From: Massalongia carnosa
Taxonomy: Eukaryota
Direction of reading: 5' to 3'
Length of the DNA: 64,000 bases
Assembly: GCA_965645245.1 (NCBI GenBank)
Contig: OZ287069.1
Location: 62,001-126,000 of the forward strand
Part shown: positions 12,979-22,254 of the stretch, one piece after another
Layout of the letters: every line of letters begins with the position of its first letter
Position numbering within the stretch: the stretch's first letter is position 1
Made by a program: the position numbers and the translations under genes
Notes under the pieces: generated by a model
Told to the model about the DNA's origin: nothing
The model's input: the letters and a program-made list of their open reading frames with translations, nothing else
The model's database searches: none

Positions 12979-14565
12979 AGACAAGATTCTATGAGCCCAA
13001 TGAGCTCGATATAGGACATTTATTAAACATAACCGTGGAAAACGTAATTCAGGTGTTGGAAGTGCCCGAAACATCCTTTGCAGGAGTGACGATTGAGCAA
13101 GACGATGAGGAGGTAGGTCCGAGATTGGACCAAACAACCAATCAACCTAGTGAAACAGAAACGTCAGAAAAGACGATATTTCCTCCTACCGATATGGAAA
13201 ATAATCCTCACTTACCTACCCCTGAAAAGACACCGGAGCTTGATGGTTTGGAAAAGACTCTGCAATCGGACGTTCAAATAAGCTCCGAGCCGGACGTTCA
13301 AGGAATGCCAGGTGTTCAATCAACCGAGGACGGACCGAGCCTGCCGAGACAGTCGGCTAGGCCGAGACGGACGCCTCGGGTGGTAGAGACAACGGATGAA
13401 TCAATTGCCAGGAACACTAGATCAAGGAAACAGGCATATGCAATTGCGCTGGCATCAGTCAGCAAGTTAACCCCGTTCCATGCAGCGTTTTCGGTCGGCC
13501 TAGAACGGCCACAGGTCGGAACCTTGAAGAAATTCCATCGGGATGAGATCCCGGTGGAGCCCCGATATTGGAGGCAGATGCTCCATCACCGTTTTTCGCA
13601 GGAATTCCAGCTAGCGGCCATCAAAGAGCTCACCAAGCTTGAAAAGCGTGGTACGTACGAGCTAGTGGAAAAAGTTCAGGGACAGGACCGGATACCACTC
13701 ACCTAGGTATTTAAGTATAAGCATGCCACCGACGGCTATGTTGAGAAATTCAAGGCCCGTCTATGTGTACGAGGAGATCTTCAGATGACTCAGCAAGATA
13801 CGTATACTGCAACATTGGCAGCGAGAACGTTTCGAGCTCTAATGGCTATTTCAGCTGCATTTGACCTTGATATCTACCAGTATGATGCGGTCAGTGCTTT
13901 CATAAATAGCCCGATTGATGAGGAAATCTTTTGTGAGTGTCCAGAAGGTTTTGACAAGCCCGGATACTGTTGGAAGCTTAGAAAAGCTCTGTACGGATTA
14001 AAACATGCACCGATTCTATGGTATAAGCTCCTAACCATGGCCCTAGAGGAACTCGGACTAGCGCAGTCCCAGGGGTCAACTGTCTATTTGCCAATGAGTG
14101 GATTATCCTATTCTTCTATGTCGATGACATTGTGGTCATACGCAGGAAGCATAAGTCGGACAAATTTTAAGAATTTGAGAAAGCTCTCCTGAAACGATTC
14201 GAAATGCATGCTCTAGGGGAATTGAAATGGTTTCTCGGTATAAGGATTACCCGAGACCGAGCAAATAAGAAGATATGGTTATGTCAGGACTCATACATTA
14301 CCAAAATGGCTGCGAAATTTAATCAGCACGGGGAAACCGCGAAAACACCACTGACAGTGGTGTCTCCAGCCTATGAAAAGGAGCAAAAAGCAGACAGTCA
14401 ACGTATATATGCGTACCAGCAACGGGTAGGTTCATTGAACTTCCCAGCGGTAATATCCCGGCCCGATATAGCATTTGCAACTGCAAAATTAGCTTAATTC
14501 TTACAAAACCCGTGCCCGGATAATCTGTCTGCGGCCGATCGGGTTATTGCTTTTCTAAATGGGAC
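12979..14565 (+). pseudogene. pol: Copia-A pol, integrase C-terminal linker and RT (stops and frameshift)
   Basis: KARLCVRGD, QYDAVSAFINS, KALYGLK, YVDD (shifted frame), WFLGIRI, SRPDIAFA. Confidence 0.88.
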
Positions 14566-14713
14566 CTAGTTCGTGTCAATCTCGTTATATTGCTACTAAG
14601 TATGTTTGGGCTATTGCTCACAGCCCCCGGCCTCGAGAGGGGGACTCGATAAGGGCCTTGCTGTCTACTAATGTAAGACCCTCTCGCAGGCCTTGGGCTG
14701 TGAACAGACTCCC
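14566..14713 (-). repeat. YR-1 repeat B2 (148 bp)
   Basis: Identical by eye to 15109-15256. Confidence 0.92.
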
Positions 14714-14752
14714 TCTATCTAAGCGACAGAAGAACTGGAGTGGGTGGGTGGG

Positions 14753-15108
14753 AAAGAAAACGTTGCAAACAGTGCTATCAAAATGCTATGCTTTTTGATT
14801 GTCTTGAGATGTGAGATGATGAGGGATACCGTCTGGGACCTCCTCTTTATATATCTTCTTCCTATTCTCCTTGTCCTACTCTACCATCCCAGTATGCCCC
14901 ATCAACGCGGCCCATAGCAAGGCATACACAAATCCGAAACCTAACTGTCGTCCGAAGGATCGATGCGGTGCTAAGATCTCTATGCCGTGCTGAGACATCC
15001 TTATGGTGCTGAGACATCTATGCCGTCCGAGAGATCCATGCGGTGCCGAAATCAAAGCGGGAGCTGTCTCGATTAACGACGCACTAGCTCTCAGCATAGC
15101 CGAACTAG
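14753..15108 (-). repeat. YR-1 repeat A2 (356 bp)
   Basis: Identical by eye to 19149-19504. Confidence 0.92.
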
Positions 15109-15256
15109 CTAGTTCGTGTCAATCTCGTTATATTGCTACTAAGTATGTTTGGGCTATTGCTCACAGCCCCCGGCCTCGAGAGGGGGACTCGATAAGGGCC
15201 TTGCTGTCTACTAATGTAAGACCCTCTCGCAGGCCTTGGGCTGTGAACAGACTCCC
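15109..15256 (-). repeat. YR-1 repeat B1 (148 bp)
   Basis: Identical by eye to 14566-14713; abuts A2 at the palindrome CGAACTAG|CTAGTTCG. Confidence 0.92.
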
Positions 15257-15292
15257 AATCCCCAACATGGAACGACCCGCTTGCGGTGTTGT

Positions 15293-16108
15293 TCAGGACC
15301 TAGTGACTGGATTGTGAGGTTCCGTGGGTAATGTTTGAAGGCGTTTTGAGGCGTTAAGAAGGTAAGTGGGGTGGGTTTGTATGTAAAGCTTGTATGCGTC
15401 TGACTTCCATCTTCCTAGCATCTGAATCTCGTCTTCGGTGAGTCCTGCCCGTCGCGCTGTTGTTGCCGCACCTCTTCTGAACGAGTGGCCAGAGAAATTT
15501 CCTATATAGCCCAAGTTCCTTAAGGTGGATTTCATCGCTGTTGTAATGTAGTCTCGAGTGAAGGACTGACCGTTTTTAAAGAGTGGTGCGGCCGGAGAAC
15601 TTGGGAATCGCCTGTATAAATTTGTAAGAGAAGCTAGTGCACAAGCAACATCGTTGGTAGCCGCAATTGTCAGTGTTATGCCTCGGCGAAAGGGATCGGT
15701 TTTGGAGACTGGTAGAGAGAGCTGTAGGTGATCTGCTTCGAACCTAATAGATTTTCTGGTGAGGTGCCATTGATCAAAGCTTGGGTCTAGTACATCTTGC
15801 GTTGTGTAAGTAAATTCTCCGGCTCGTAAGAAGCCTGCAAACGCTAAGCAGTACGCCGCATGTAAATTTGCGCCTTTCTCTTTCGTTTGATCAAGACGAC
15901 TTAGCAATTTGATTAAGATCTCTCTAGTAATTGGTAACCTTTCACGTTTCTCGGCTTCACCGTTCTTTCGCTTTATGCCAGTAAGGATGCGATCTAACAC
16001 CGGGTGATGAAATACGTCGAGATTACCGAGGCCCATATCTATCTGGCATGATCTTATGCCCGTCAAGTAGCTCTTAATAGTTTTTGGTTGCAGGCGTCGT
16101 TCACCCAA
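15293..16108 (-). CDS. Tyrosine recombinase of YR-1 (frame probably extends upstream to ~16300)
   Basis: Catalytic R..HxxR..W..Y: FLRAGEF, SKTDPF, SGHSFRRGAAT, LGRWKSDAYKLY. Confidence 0.92.
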   Translation of the reverse strand: MGERRLQPKTIKSYLTGIRSCQIDMGLGNLDVFHHPVLDRILTGIKRKNGEAEKRERLPITREILIKLLSRLDQTKEKGANLHAAYCLAFAGFLRAGEFTYTTQDVLDPSFDQWHLTRKSIRFEADHLQLSLPVSKTDPFRRGITLTIAATNDVACALASLTNLYRRFPSSPAAPLFKNGQSFTRDYITTAMKSTLRNLGYIGNFSGHSFRRGAATTARRAGLTEDEIQMLGRWKSDAYKLYIQTHPTYLLNASKRLQTLPTEPHNPVTRS

Positions 16109-16308
16109 CGCTGCGATCCACGAAGACAGCGTCCGGATGTTGGCTGGAAATGGTGGCGCGTTGAGGTTTACCCTACAGTAAAGAACGTATCCCTTTCTTG
16201 CCGTTGTGTATAAAGATCTTGTCTTAGTGGCCAGGCCCCACCAGAGGTATCGTGCTGCGATTTCGTCTAGAGGTACCTCACTGTACCAAGATGGGGGTGG
16301 ATCGCGTC

Positions 16309-17880
16309 CTATATTGCTGAGGGTAGAGCCTGAAACTGAGGGATTTTGTCAGCCAGTTTCTTCAAAAGTCCTCTAGACAAGAGATCAGCAATATAATTTT
16401 CTTTGGATGATATCCATCGCGCTTCTATCTGGATATCATGTAATGCAGCTAGCATTGTAATTGCCCGCAGGGCATGCATTGCTTGGCCTCGTATAGAGGT
16501 TTTATTCACTCCTTTCGTGACAGCGTAGCTATCACAATAGAGGATTAAATGACTACCCTTGCATATAGGTAGCCACTTTTTCATAGCTTGAAGAATTGCT
16601 GTCATTTCTTTGACGTTGATATGCTTTGCCCTAAGGCGCGTAGTAAAGCGTGTGCTAAAAGCCTGCCGGGCTGCTTGTATATTATGCAAATTTTGATCCT
16701 CGCTGAGGATAAAGCCGCCCATACCATATGAGCCGGACGCATCTGTCCATATTCTCATAGTATGTCTAGTACGGTTGAGCAGATGTATGCCATTCCATTT
16801 AGGTAGGAAATGATGCCACCATAGAAGATCAGCCCTCATGTCCTTGTTAAGATGGATTAGTTTAGAGGTTACGCTTGCCGTAGCATTGAAAAGACGGCGT
16901 AGAAAGGCTCTTCCTGGTTTTACCACTCTGGCTGCAAAGCATAAGAATCCTAGAAGAGAGTCGAGTTCCTTCCTGGGTATGGCTTTTTTATTCAAAGCTG
17001 CCGATACTAGGGTCTTTGCTTTTAGTAACTTTTCGGAAGGCAAGCGTGCTTCCATGAGCGCGGTATCGATTTCAATGCCGAGGAAATCGCAAGTCGTTCC
17101 AGTTCTGTTCTTTTCGAGCTTGATTTTCATGCCAAGATCTTTACAAATGTTGTGGAAAACTTGATCAAACTTTTCAGCATCTGGTCCGGTGCTGACTATT
17201 ATTAAAAAATCATCCAAGTAATGAATAGCGTCTTTCCAACCACAGTTGTACAATATCCAGTTGATACCCTTCGCGAACAGATCAAAAAGGAACGGCGACG
17301 TTCTCAGCCCAAAGGGTAAGTATTTATCCATCCAAAAGGAATCCTGCCACTTGAAACCTAGTAACCACCAATCGCTTTTTGCTACTGGTATGTGGCGAAA
17401 AGCGTCCGCAAAGTCTCTTTTAATAAGAATACACCCTGGCCCGCGTTGCTCAATCAACCTAATGGCTTCGTCGAAGCTGGTATATTCCAGGGAGCCCCAG
17501 TCTTCCGGTATGTGGTCGTTGACTGAGCTACTCTCCGGATACGATAGATGATGGATTCGCCGCCAACCACCGTTAGCCTTTGGTACAAGGCCTAATGGGG
17601 AACATATAAAGCAAGAAGGAATGTTGTTGACTTTCTCCAACCGATTACTAGCTATTTGTTCTTCGAGGTCATTGGTAAGAACTTCCGGTGCCTCATTTGC
17701 AGAGGCAAGATTATCGCTAATAATGAGTTGATGTGGTCCTGTATAACCAACTTTGGCACCGTAGGTGATGATATCGATAATTGTTTGTGTGTAAGTGCGA
17801 TCCGGGTGATTGGCCAAATGTTTCTCCCAGCCTTCTTTCTTCAATGGGCCCGGTGGGATCTTTGTTAGATTGTCCGTCAA
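16309..17880 (-). CDS. Reverse transcriptase / RNase H of YR-1 (DIRS/Ngaro type)
   Basis: SPLGLVPK..WRRIHHLS, KRDFADAFR, LPFGLRTSP, HYLDDF, WTDASG, INVKEM, NYIADLLSR. Confidence 0.92.
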   Translation of the reverse strand: MTDNLTKIPPGPLKKEGWEKHLANHPDRTYTQTIIDIITYGAKVGYTGPHQLIISDNLASANEAPEVLTNDLEEQIASNRLEKVNNIPSCFICSPLGLVPKANGGWRRIHHLSYPESSSVNDHIPEDWGSLEYTSFDEAIRLIEQRGPGCILIKRDFADAFRHIPVAKSDWWLLGFKWQDSFWMDKYLPFGLRTSPFLFDLFAKGINWILYNCGWKDAIHYLDDFLIIVSTGPDAEKFDQVFHNICKDLGMKIKLEKNRTGTTCDFLGIEIDTALMEARLPSEKLLKAKTLVSAALNKKAIPRKELDSLLGFLCFAARVVKPGRAFLRRLFNATASVTSKLIHLNKDMRADLLWWHHFLPKWNGIHLLNRTRHTMRIWTDASGSYGMGGFILSEDQNLHNIQAARQAFSTRFTTRLRAKHINVKEMTAILQAMKKWLPICKGSHLILYCDSYAVTKGVNKTSIRGQAMHALRAITMLAALHDIQIEARWISSKENYIADLLSRGLLKKLADKIPQFQALPSAI

Positions 17881-17925
17881 GGTGTATGGAAAGGACTCCG
17901 CGATGGATAAGAATGGGGCGGTTAG

Positions 17926-19080
17926 TCATTGCCTTGATGGGAGAGGCATCGAATTTGGGTTAGAGGGTTGATTTTTTCCATTTGTACAGTCCATCGCCCG
18001 ATGTTGCTTTCCACATTTCTCACACACATGTTGGAATCTACAATATACGGGACAGTCTTTGCCATAGTTGTATTTCTTACAGATAATCTTTTCGCCTGAG
18101 GTTTTGAAAGCCGTAGAATTATCGTCCGGTTTTGCAAAGTAAGCGGACGGTTTCCGCACAAGATGCCTTTCCAAGGAATGGTCCATTTCTTTCCATCCAT
18201 CCGGGTTGTCAATCCCGCGAAAGGCTCGAGATTTGTGGAAATTCAAATGAAAGATGCGAACCGAGTCCCAGGTGTAGAAGGCGTATAATGATAGAAGATG
18301 GTCCTGATAAGCCATGAAGGCTCTCATCAGGTTTATCTGGAGACCGGGGTGTGCAAAGTGTAGTAGTATCATCCAATATACCCCGAGACATCGTATCAAA
18401 TGAACTATCCCTTTGATATCTTTTAAGGAGCCATCTTCTTCTCTCGTGGCGATTTCCAGACCTTCTCCGAGTTTGACGTATCTAGAGTTGGTTTGAACTC
18501 CGTCGATGTCGGTACATAGCTTGGTAATGTTGATTGGGTCAAACGTATTCTCGGAGATTTGCTTTATCCATATGGGCTTGATAGTGGGATATTCGTTCAT
18601 AAGAGAAACAAAACGAGGATCCATACCTTCTGTATACAATGAGTTTGGTCGATGCGGTGGAAATGATGTCGGAAATAATAGGGAAGGCTGTTGAGCTGAG
18701 GCTACTGGCCCAGGGACCACGTCTCGGGCACGTGCTTGTTGGGTTTCGATATCCCGCCTAAGACTTACTCTTTCTCTTTCCTCGGCTTCCCTGCGGGACA
18801 TTTCGCGTTGTGCTCTAAGTTCAATAATGTCATCAGGGGTGCGAGAACGGGTTTCCGGTATAACAGGCCCTTGTGAGGAGGAATTAAACGCTGAAGATGG
18901 AAGAGGAGAAGGTTGAGGATGGCTTTGAAGGGTTGCCGTGCTGTCTTGTGAGTCGGGTACTTCGACGTCTGGGTTGGAGTTGGCTAGATTTGCCCTAGCT
19001 CTAGTTCTAGTACGGGCTAGAGTGCTGCCTTGTGTGCGGGAGGTAGGCTTGGTGATTCTGTTGGAGATGCGGGTGGCCAT
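17926..19080 (-). CDS. Gag-like ORF1 of YR-1
   Basis: First ORF of the element (MATRISNR start); C-terminal Cys/His finger CKKYNYGKDCPVYCRFQHVCEKCGKQHRAMDC. Confidence 0.8.
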   Translation of the reverse strand: MATRISNRITKPTSRTQGSTLARTRTRARANLANSNPDVEVPDSQDSTATLQSHPQPSPLPSSAFNSSSQGPVIPETRSRTPDDIIELRAQREMSRREAEERERVSLRRDIETQQARARDVVPGPVASAQQPSLLFPTSFPPHRPNSLYTEGMDPRFVSLMNEYPTIKPIWIKQISENTFDPINITKLCTDIDGVQTNSRYVKLGEGLEIATREEDGSLKDIKGIVHLIRCLGVYWMILLHFAHPGLQINLMRAFMAYQDHLLSLYAFYTWDSVRIFHLNFHKSRAFRGIDNPDGWKEMDHSLERHLVRKPSAYFAKPDDNSTAFKTSGEKIICKKYNYGKDCPVYCRFQHVCEKCGKQHRAMDCTNGKNQPSNPNSMPLPSRQ

Positions 19081-19148
19081 TTTTGGAGGAGAGGGATTTG
19101 AATAGAGTAAATTTAAGTGTAGTGGTTGTATAAATTTGAATTGGGTGA

Positions 19149-19504
19149 AAAGAAAACGTTGCAAACAGTGCTATCAAAATGCTATGCTTTTTGATTGTCT
19201 TGAGATGTGAGATGATGAGGGATACCGTCTGGGACCTCCTCTTTATATATCTTCTTCCTATTCTCCTTGTCCTACTCTACCATCCCAGTATGCCCCATCA
19301 ACGCGGCCCATAGCAAGGCATACACAAATCCGAAACCTAACTGTCGTCCGAAGGATCGATGCGGTGCTAAGATCTCTATGCCGTGCTGAGACATCCTTAT
19401 GGTGCTGAGACATCTATGCCGTCCGAGAGATCCATGCGGTGCCGAAATCAAAGCGGGAGCTGTCTCGATTAACGACGCACTAGCTCTCAGCATAGCCGAA
19501 CTAG
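19149..19504 (-). repeat. YR-1 repeat A1 (356 bp), contains a TATA-like TATATAAA on the minus strand
   Basis: Identical by eye to 14753-15108. Confidence 0.92.
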
Positions 19505-19954
19505 TAAAAACCTGGCTATAGAATATAACGGTCATCAGAAAACTGACATTCTGATGTGTGCTAGCGATGCAGCGTTTGCTGATGATGACTTGACTCGAAG
19601 AAGCTCCGATGGTTACCTTTTTCAGCTGCTGTATGGTGGACCAATAGACTGGCGAGCAGCTAAACAAGCCACGGTCACCACATCGAGCACTGAAGCCGAG
19701 TTGCTAGGCCTGTCTCGGACCGCCAAGGAAGCTATATGGTGGAAACGGTTTTTTCAAGCTATTCGGTTCAATCCCATGGAAAAGTTGCACATTTGGTGCG
19801 ATAATCGCCAGACCCTCAGGATCCTAGATAAAGAGATGTTGAAGCTAGATACTAAGCTTCGGCATGTAGATATACATCGTCACTAGTTAAGGCAAGAAGT
19901 TCAAGCTGGTCGTATAAACGTCAGTTGGATGCCCACAGCGGAAATGCCTGCCGA
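19505..19954 (+). pseudogene. Copia-A RNase H fragment
   Basis: ASDAAFADD, SSTEAELL, WCDNRQ, LRHVDIH; continues at 32462 (DGFTK). Confidence 0.88.
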
Positions 19955-20444
19955 TGTCATGGAATTACCTCGCACCCTCCCACGTTTCCTGATCTGGTTA
20001 GTATTTAACAGGCTCTCTTGCCGTGAAACCTGCCCTGCATGTTGAATAGAACCGTGGCCCGTTATTCCGAACTATCCTGAAACCTCGCCCCATGTGTTCA
20101 GACGTTCTTCCGCTGCCTTCAGTGCACTCCCAAACTCCTATATCCCGAATCCAATCTCAACGTCTCCACTAGCCAAGCCTACGACTGGGATTGCCCAGCA
20201 GAGAGAGATTGCTTCGGCATGGAGAAAGGCGGAACAGGTCAAAGCGATCATGGTTAGGAAATTAGAACAGGAACAGAGATGAGGGCAAGTCAAGAATAGG
20301 GGAATTGGAAGCCATGGCTATAAAACCTATGTGGTTTCTCAGGTGTTTGGAGCTCTTCGTCGGACGTCTTGTATACTATCCCTAGACCTAGCTTTCTAAA
20401 TAGTAACTCTTGTATATCTCCCTATCTGGACCTTGTCCGTGACA
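19955..20444 (+). repeat. Gypsy-B 5' LTR
   Basis: TG...CA; matches 31967-32456. Confidence 0.95.
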
Positions 20445-20507
20445 TTACGTCCGACCTACATTCAAGTGTTTCTTTGTTTTCTCTTTCCCCTATAACGATT
20501 GTTAATC

Positions 20508-21722
20508 ATGTCTTTTCAAGAAGAAACCGCAAATCTGCCTCAGGAACCTGAGGTAGCCCAAAAGGAGCGAGAACATGTCAGCAATAACCCGGACGAGTTC
20601 ATCGCCGCCTATCGAGACCTGGAACGACAATTAGCTGAGATTCGAAACGCGGTTCCTCCAGCCATTAATCAAACGTCTTCCAACCCATTATTGGCAACCC
20701 CGTCATCAACTCCTTCTCCTTCCGTTCCGAGCTCCCAGCTGGCTGCCATTATAGAACAGCTAATGAAACGACCAGCGTTTCCGCCCAGGTCCGAGAAACT
20801 TCCTGACATACCGGAGTATGACGGTGACGAGGACAAACTCGATGCTTGGGAACAGAATCTAATTCAAAAAATGCACATTAACCATGACCGATACTTTTCC
20901 GATGAGGCCAAGATAGCTTATGCGGAGAGCAGACTCACCATCGGCAAGCGAGCCCATCTGCTCATGACTCCCTACCGGATAGATGGCTTATGCCGCCTAA
21001 CCTCTTTTTCGGACTGGAGAGCGAAACTTCGTCTGGCCTGTGGTAACCCCTTCGAGCAAGAGGATGCCCGTAAATATTTGCGAGACACCCTGAAACAGGG
21101 TAACCTAACCTTTGAGGAATATTACAACCTTTTCTCTCAGAAGAAGGAACGATCTAAAATGGAAGACGCCTCCCTCATCGATGCGATGAAGGCCAACATC
21201 AACTATTCCACCCAAACAGCGGCCATCCATTATCGAGTCCCCGGAACCAATCAGGAGCCCGTCACCTTCGACGAACATGTTGCAATGTGGGCCCAAACGG
21301 ATCGAAAAATTCGTCAAATCAGGCATATCTCGCCACGCCAAGCCTCTGGAGCCTCAATTAGCAACTCCTCAACTAAAAAGGGGGCATCCGTCGCCACCAC
21401 CACTGCCGTTGTCAGGAGTCCTGCCCCCCGCTCCTCCACGATCGTCGTCGCTCCAGCCGTCACCCCTGCTGCGGTTCCTTCTCTTCCCGCAGGGGATCCG
21501 ATGGACCTCAGCTCCGCCATGGCCGCTGTGAAAGGCCAAAGCCTGAAAGTCCCCGGAGTCAAGGAAATCTGCGAGCAATGGAGACTATGCTTCTACTGTA
21601 AGCAATCGCACCCTGGGAAGACCGCAATCGACTGTCCCAACAAGAAGGCCCCGTCTACTATTCGGTCTCTTGTCCTTTACAACGACTCCGACGCCTCTGA
21701 GGATGCAGCGGGAAAAGCCTGA
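20508..21722 (+). CDS. gag: Gypsy-B Gag
   Basis: EKLPDIPEYDG, LKQG, GDPMDLS, Zn knuckle CFYCKQSHPGKTAIDCP. Confidence 0.88.
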   Translation: MSFQEETANLPQEPEVAQKEREHVSNNPDEFIAAYRDLERQLAEIRNAVPPAINQTSSNPLLATPSSTPSPSVPSSQLAAIIEQLMKRPAFPPRSEKLPDIPEYDGDEDKLDAWEQNLIQKMHINHDRYFSDEAKIAYAESRLTIGKRAHLLMTPYRIDGLCRLTSFSDWRAKLRLACGNPFEQEDARKYLRDTLKQGNLTFEEYYNLFSQKKERSKMEDASLIDAMKANINYSTQTAAIHYRVPGTNQEPVTFDEHVAMWAQTDRKIRQIRHISPRQASGASISNSSTKKGASVATTTAVVRSPAPRSSTIVVAPAVTPAAVPSLPAGDPMDLSSAMAAVKGQSLKVPGVKEICEQWRLCFYCKQSHPGKTAIDCPNKKAPSTIRSLVLYNDSDASEDAAGKA

Positions 21723-21750
21723 GCCCCGTATTCAGTCGCATACGAGGGCT
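21710..21750 (+). promoter_or_regulatory. Putative -1 ribosomal frameshift signal (GGGAAAA plus stem-loop)
   Basis: Slippery heptamer just before the gag stop; pol is open in the -1 frame; downstream hairpin agccc-cgtat/atacg-a-gggct. Confidence 0.7.
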
Positions 21751-21766
21751 TCAAAAGTCTGATTTA

Positions 21767-22254
21767 TTGATTTCTGCATGTCTCCTTTCTGCATCATTTT
21801 CACCCCCCCTAATGTCCAACGCTCGTTTTTCTGCAGCGTCCGCTTTGACCTTGTTTGAAAACGATGAAACTTTCAAAGATAGCCATATGGTTGTCTCATG
21901 TATATTACGTCGTCTGCAAGCAAGGATAAGAGCTTTAATTCTCGTGGACTGTGGTGCATCAGGTTACTCATTCATCGATAAAGAATTCGCGCACCTTCAT
22001 CAATTCCCCCTTCACCCCCTTAAATACCCTCGCCGACTCCTAGGTTTCGATGGTCAGCCTGCTCTGACCGGAAACATCACCCATGTGGCAGAAGTAACCA
22101 TGGATCTCAATGGACACATAGAGAAACTGTTCCTATATGTGACCGGATTAAGACATTACCCCATCGTCCTAGGACACCCATGGCTGCGTCGACATGGCGC
22201 TATCACTAACTTCGCCAATAATACCCTGTCATTATCCTCCCCATTTTGCCTAGC
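21767..22254 (+). CDS. pol: Gypsy-B Pol N-terminus (aspartic protease), cut by Copia-C
   Basis: LVDCGASGYSFID, IVLGHPWL; rejoins in frame after Copia-C (FCLA|HC). Confidence 0.85.

Larger units (their letters stand above)
14566..19504 (-). mobile_element. Ngaro-type tyrosine-recombinase retrotransposon (YR-1), complete, 4939 bp
   Basis: Split direct repeats A1-ORFs-B1-A2-B2 on the minus strand; overlapping gag-like, RT/RNaseH and YR ORFs; no TSD, and removal restores the Copia frame. Confidence 0.93.

Noticed and set aside
14559..15317. Short duplicated ORFs in the YR-1 repeats, also 20094-20282/32106-32294 and 27674-27985
   Set aside because: By-products of repeat or LTR sequence with no protein motifs.
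15293..16108. Tyrosine recombinases (here and at 46684-47847) as phage integrase, Crypton or Starship captain
   Set aside because: Each lies directly after an RT/RNaseH and gag-like ORF, which identifies DIRS/Ngaro retroelements.
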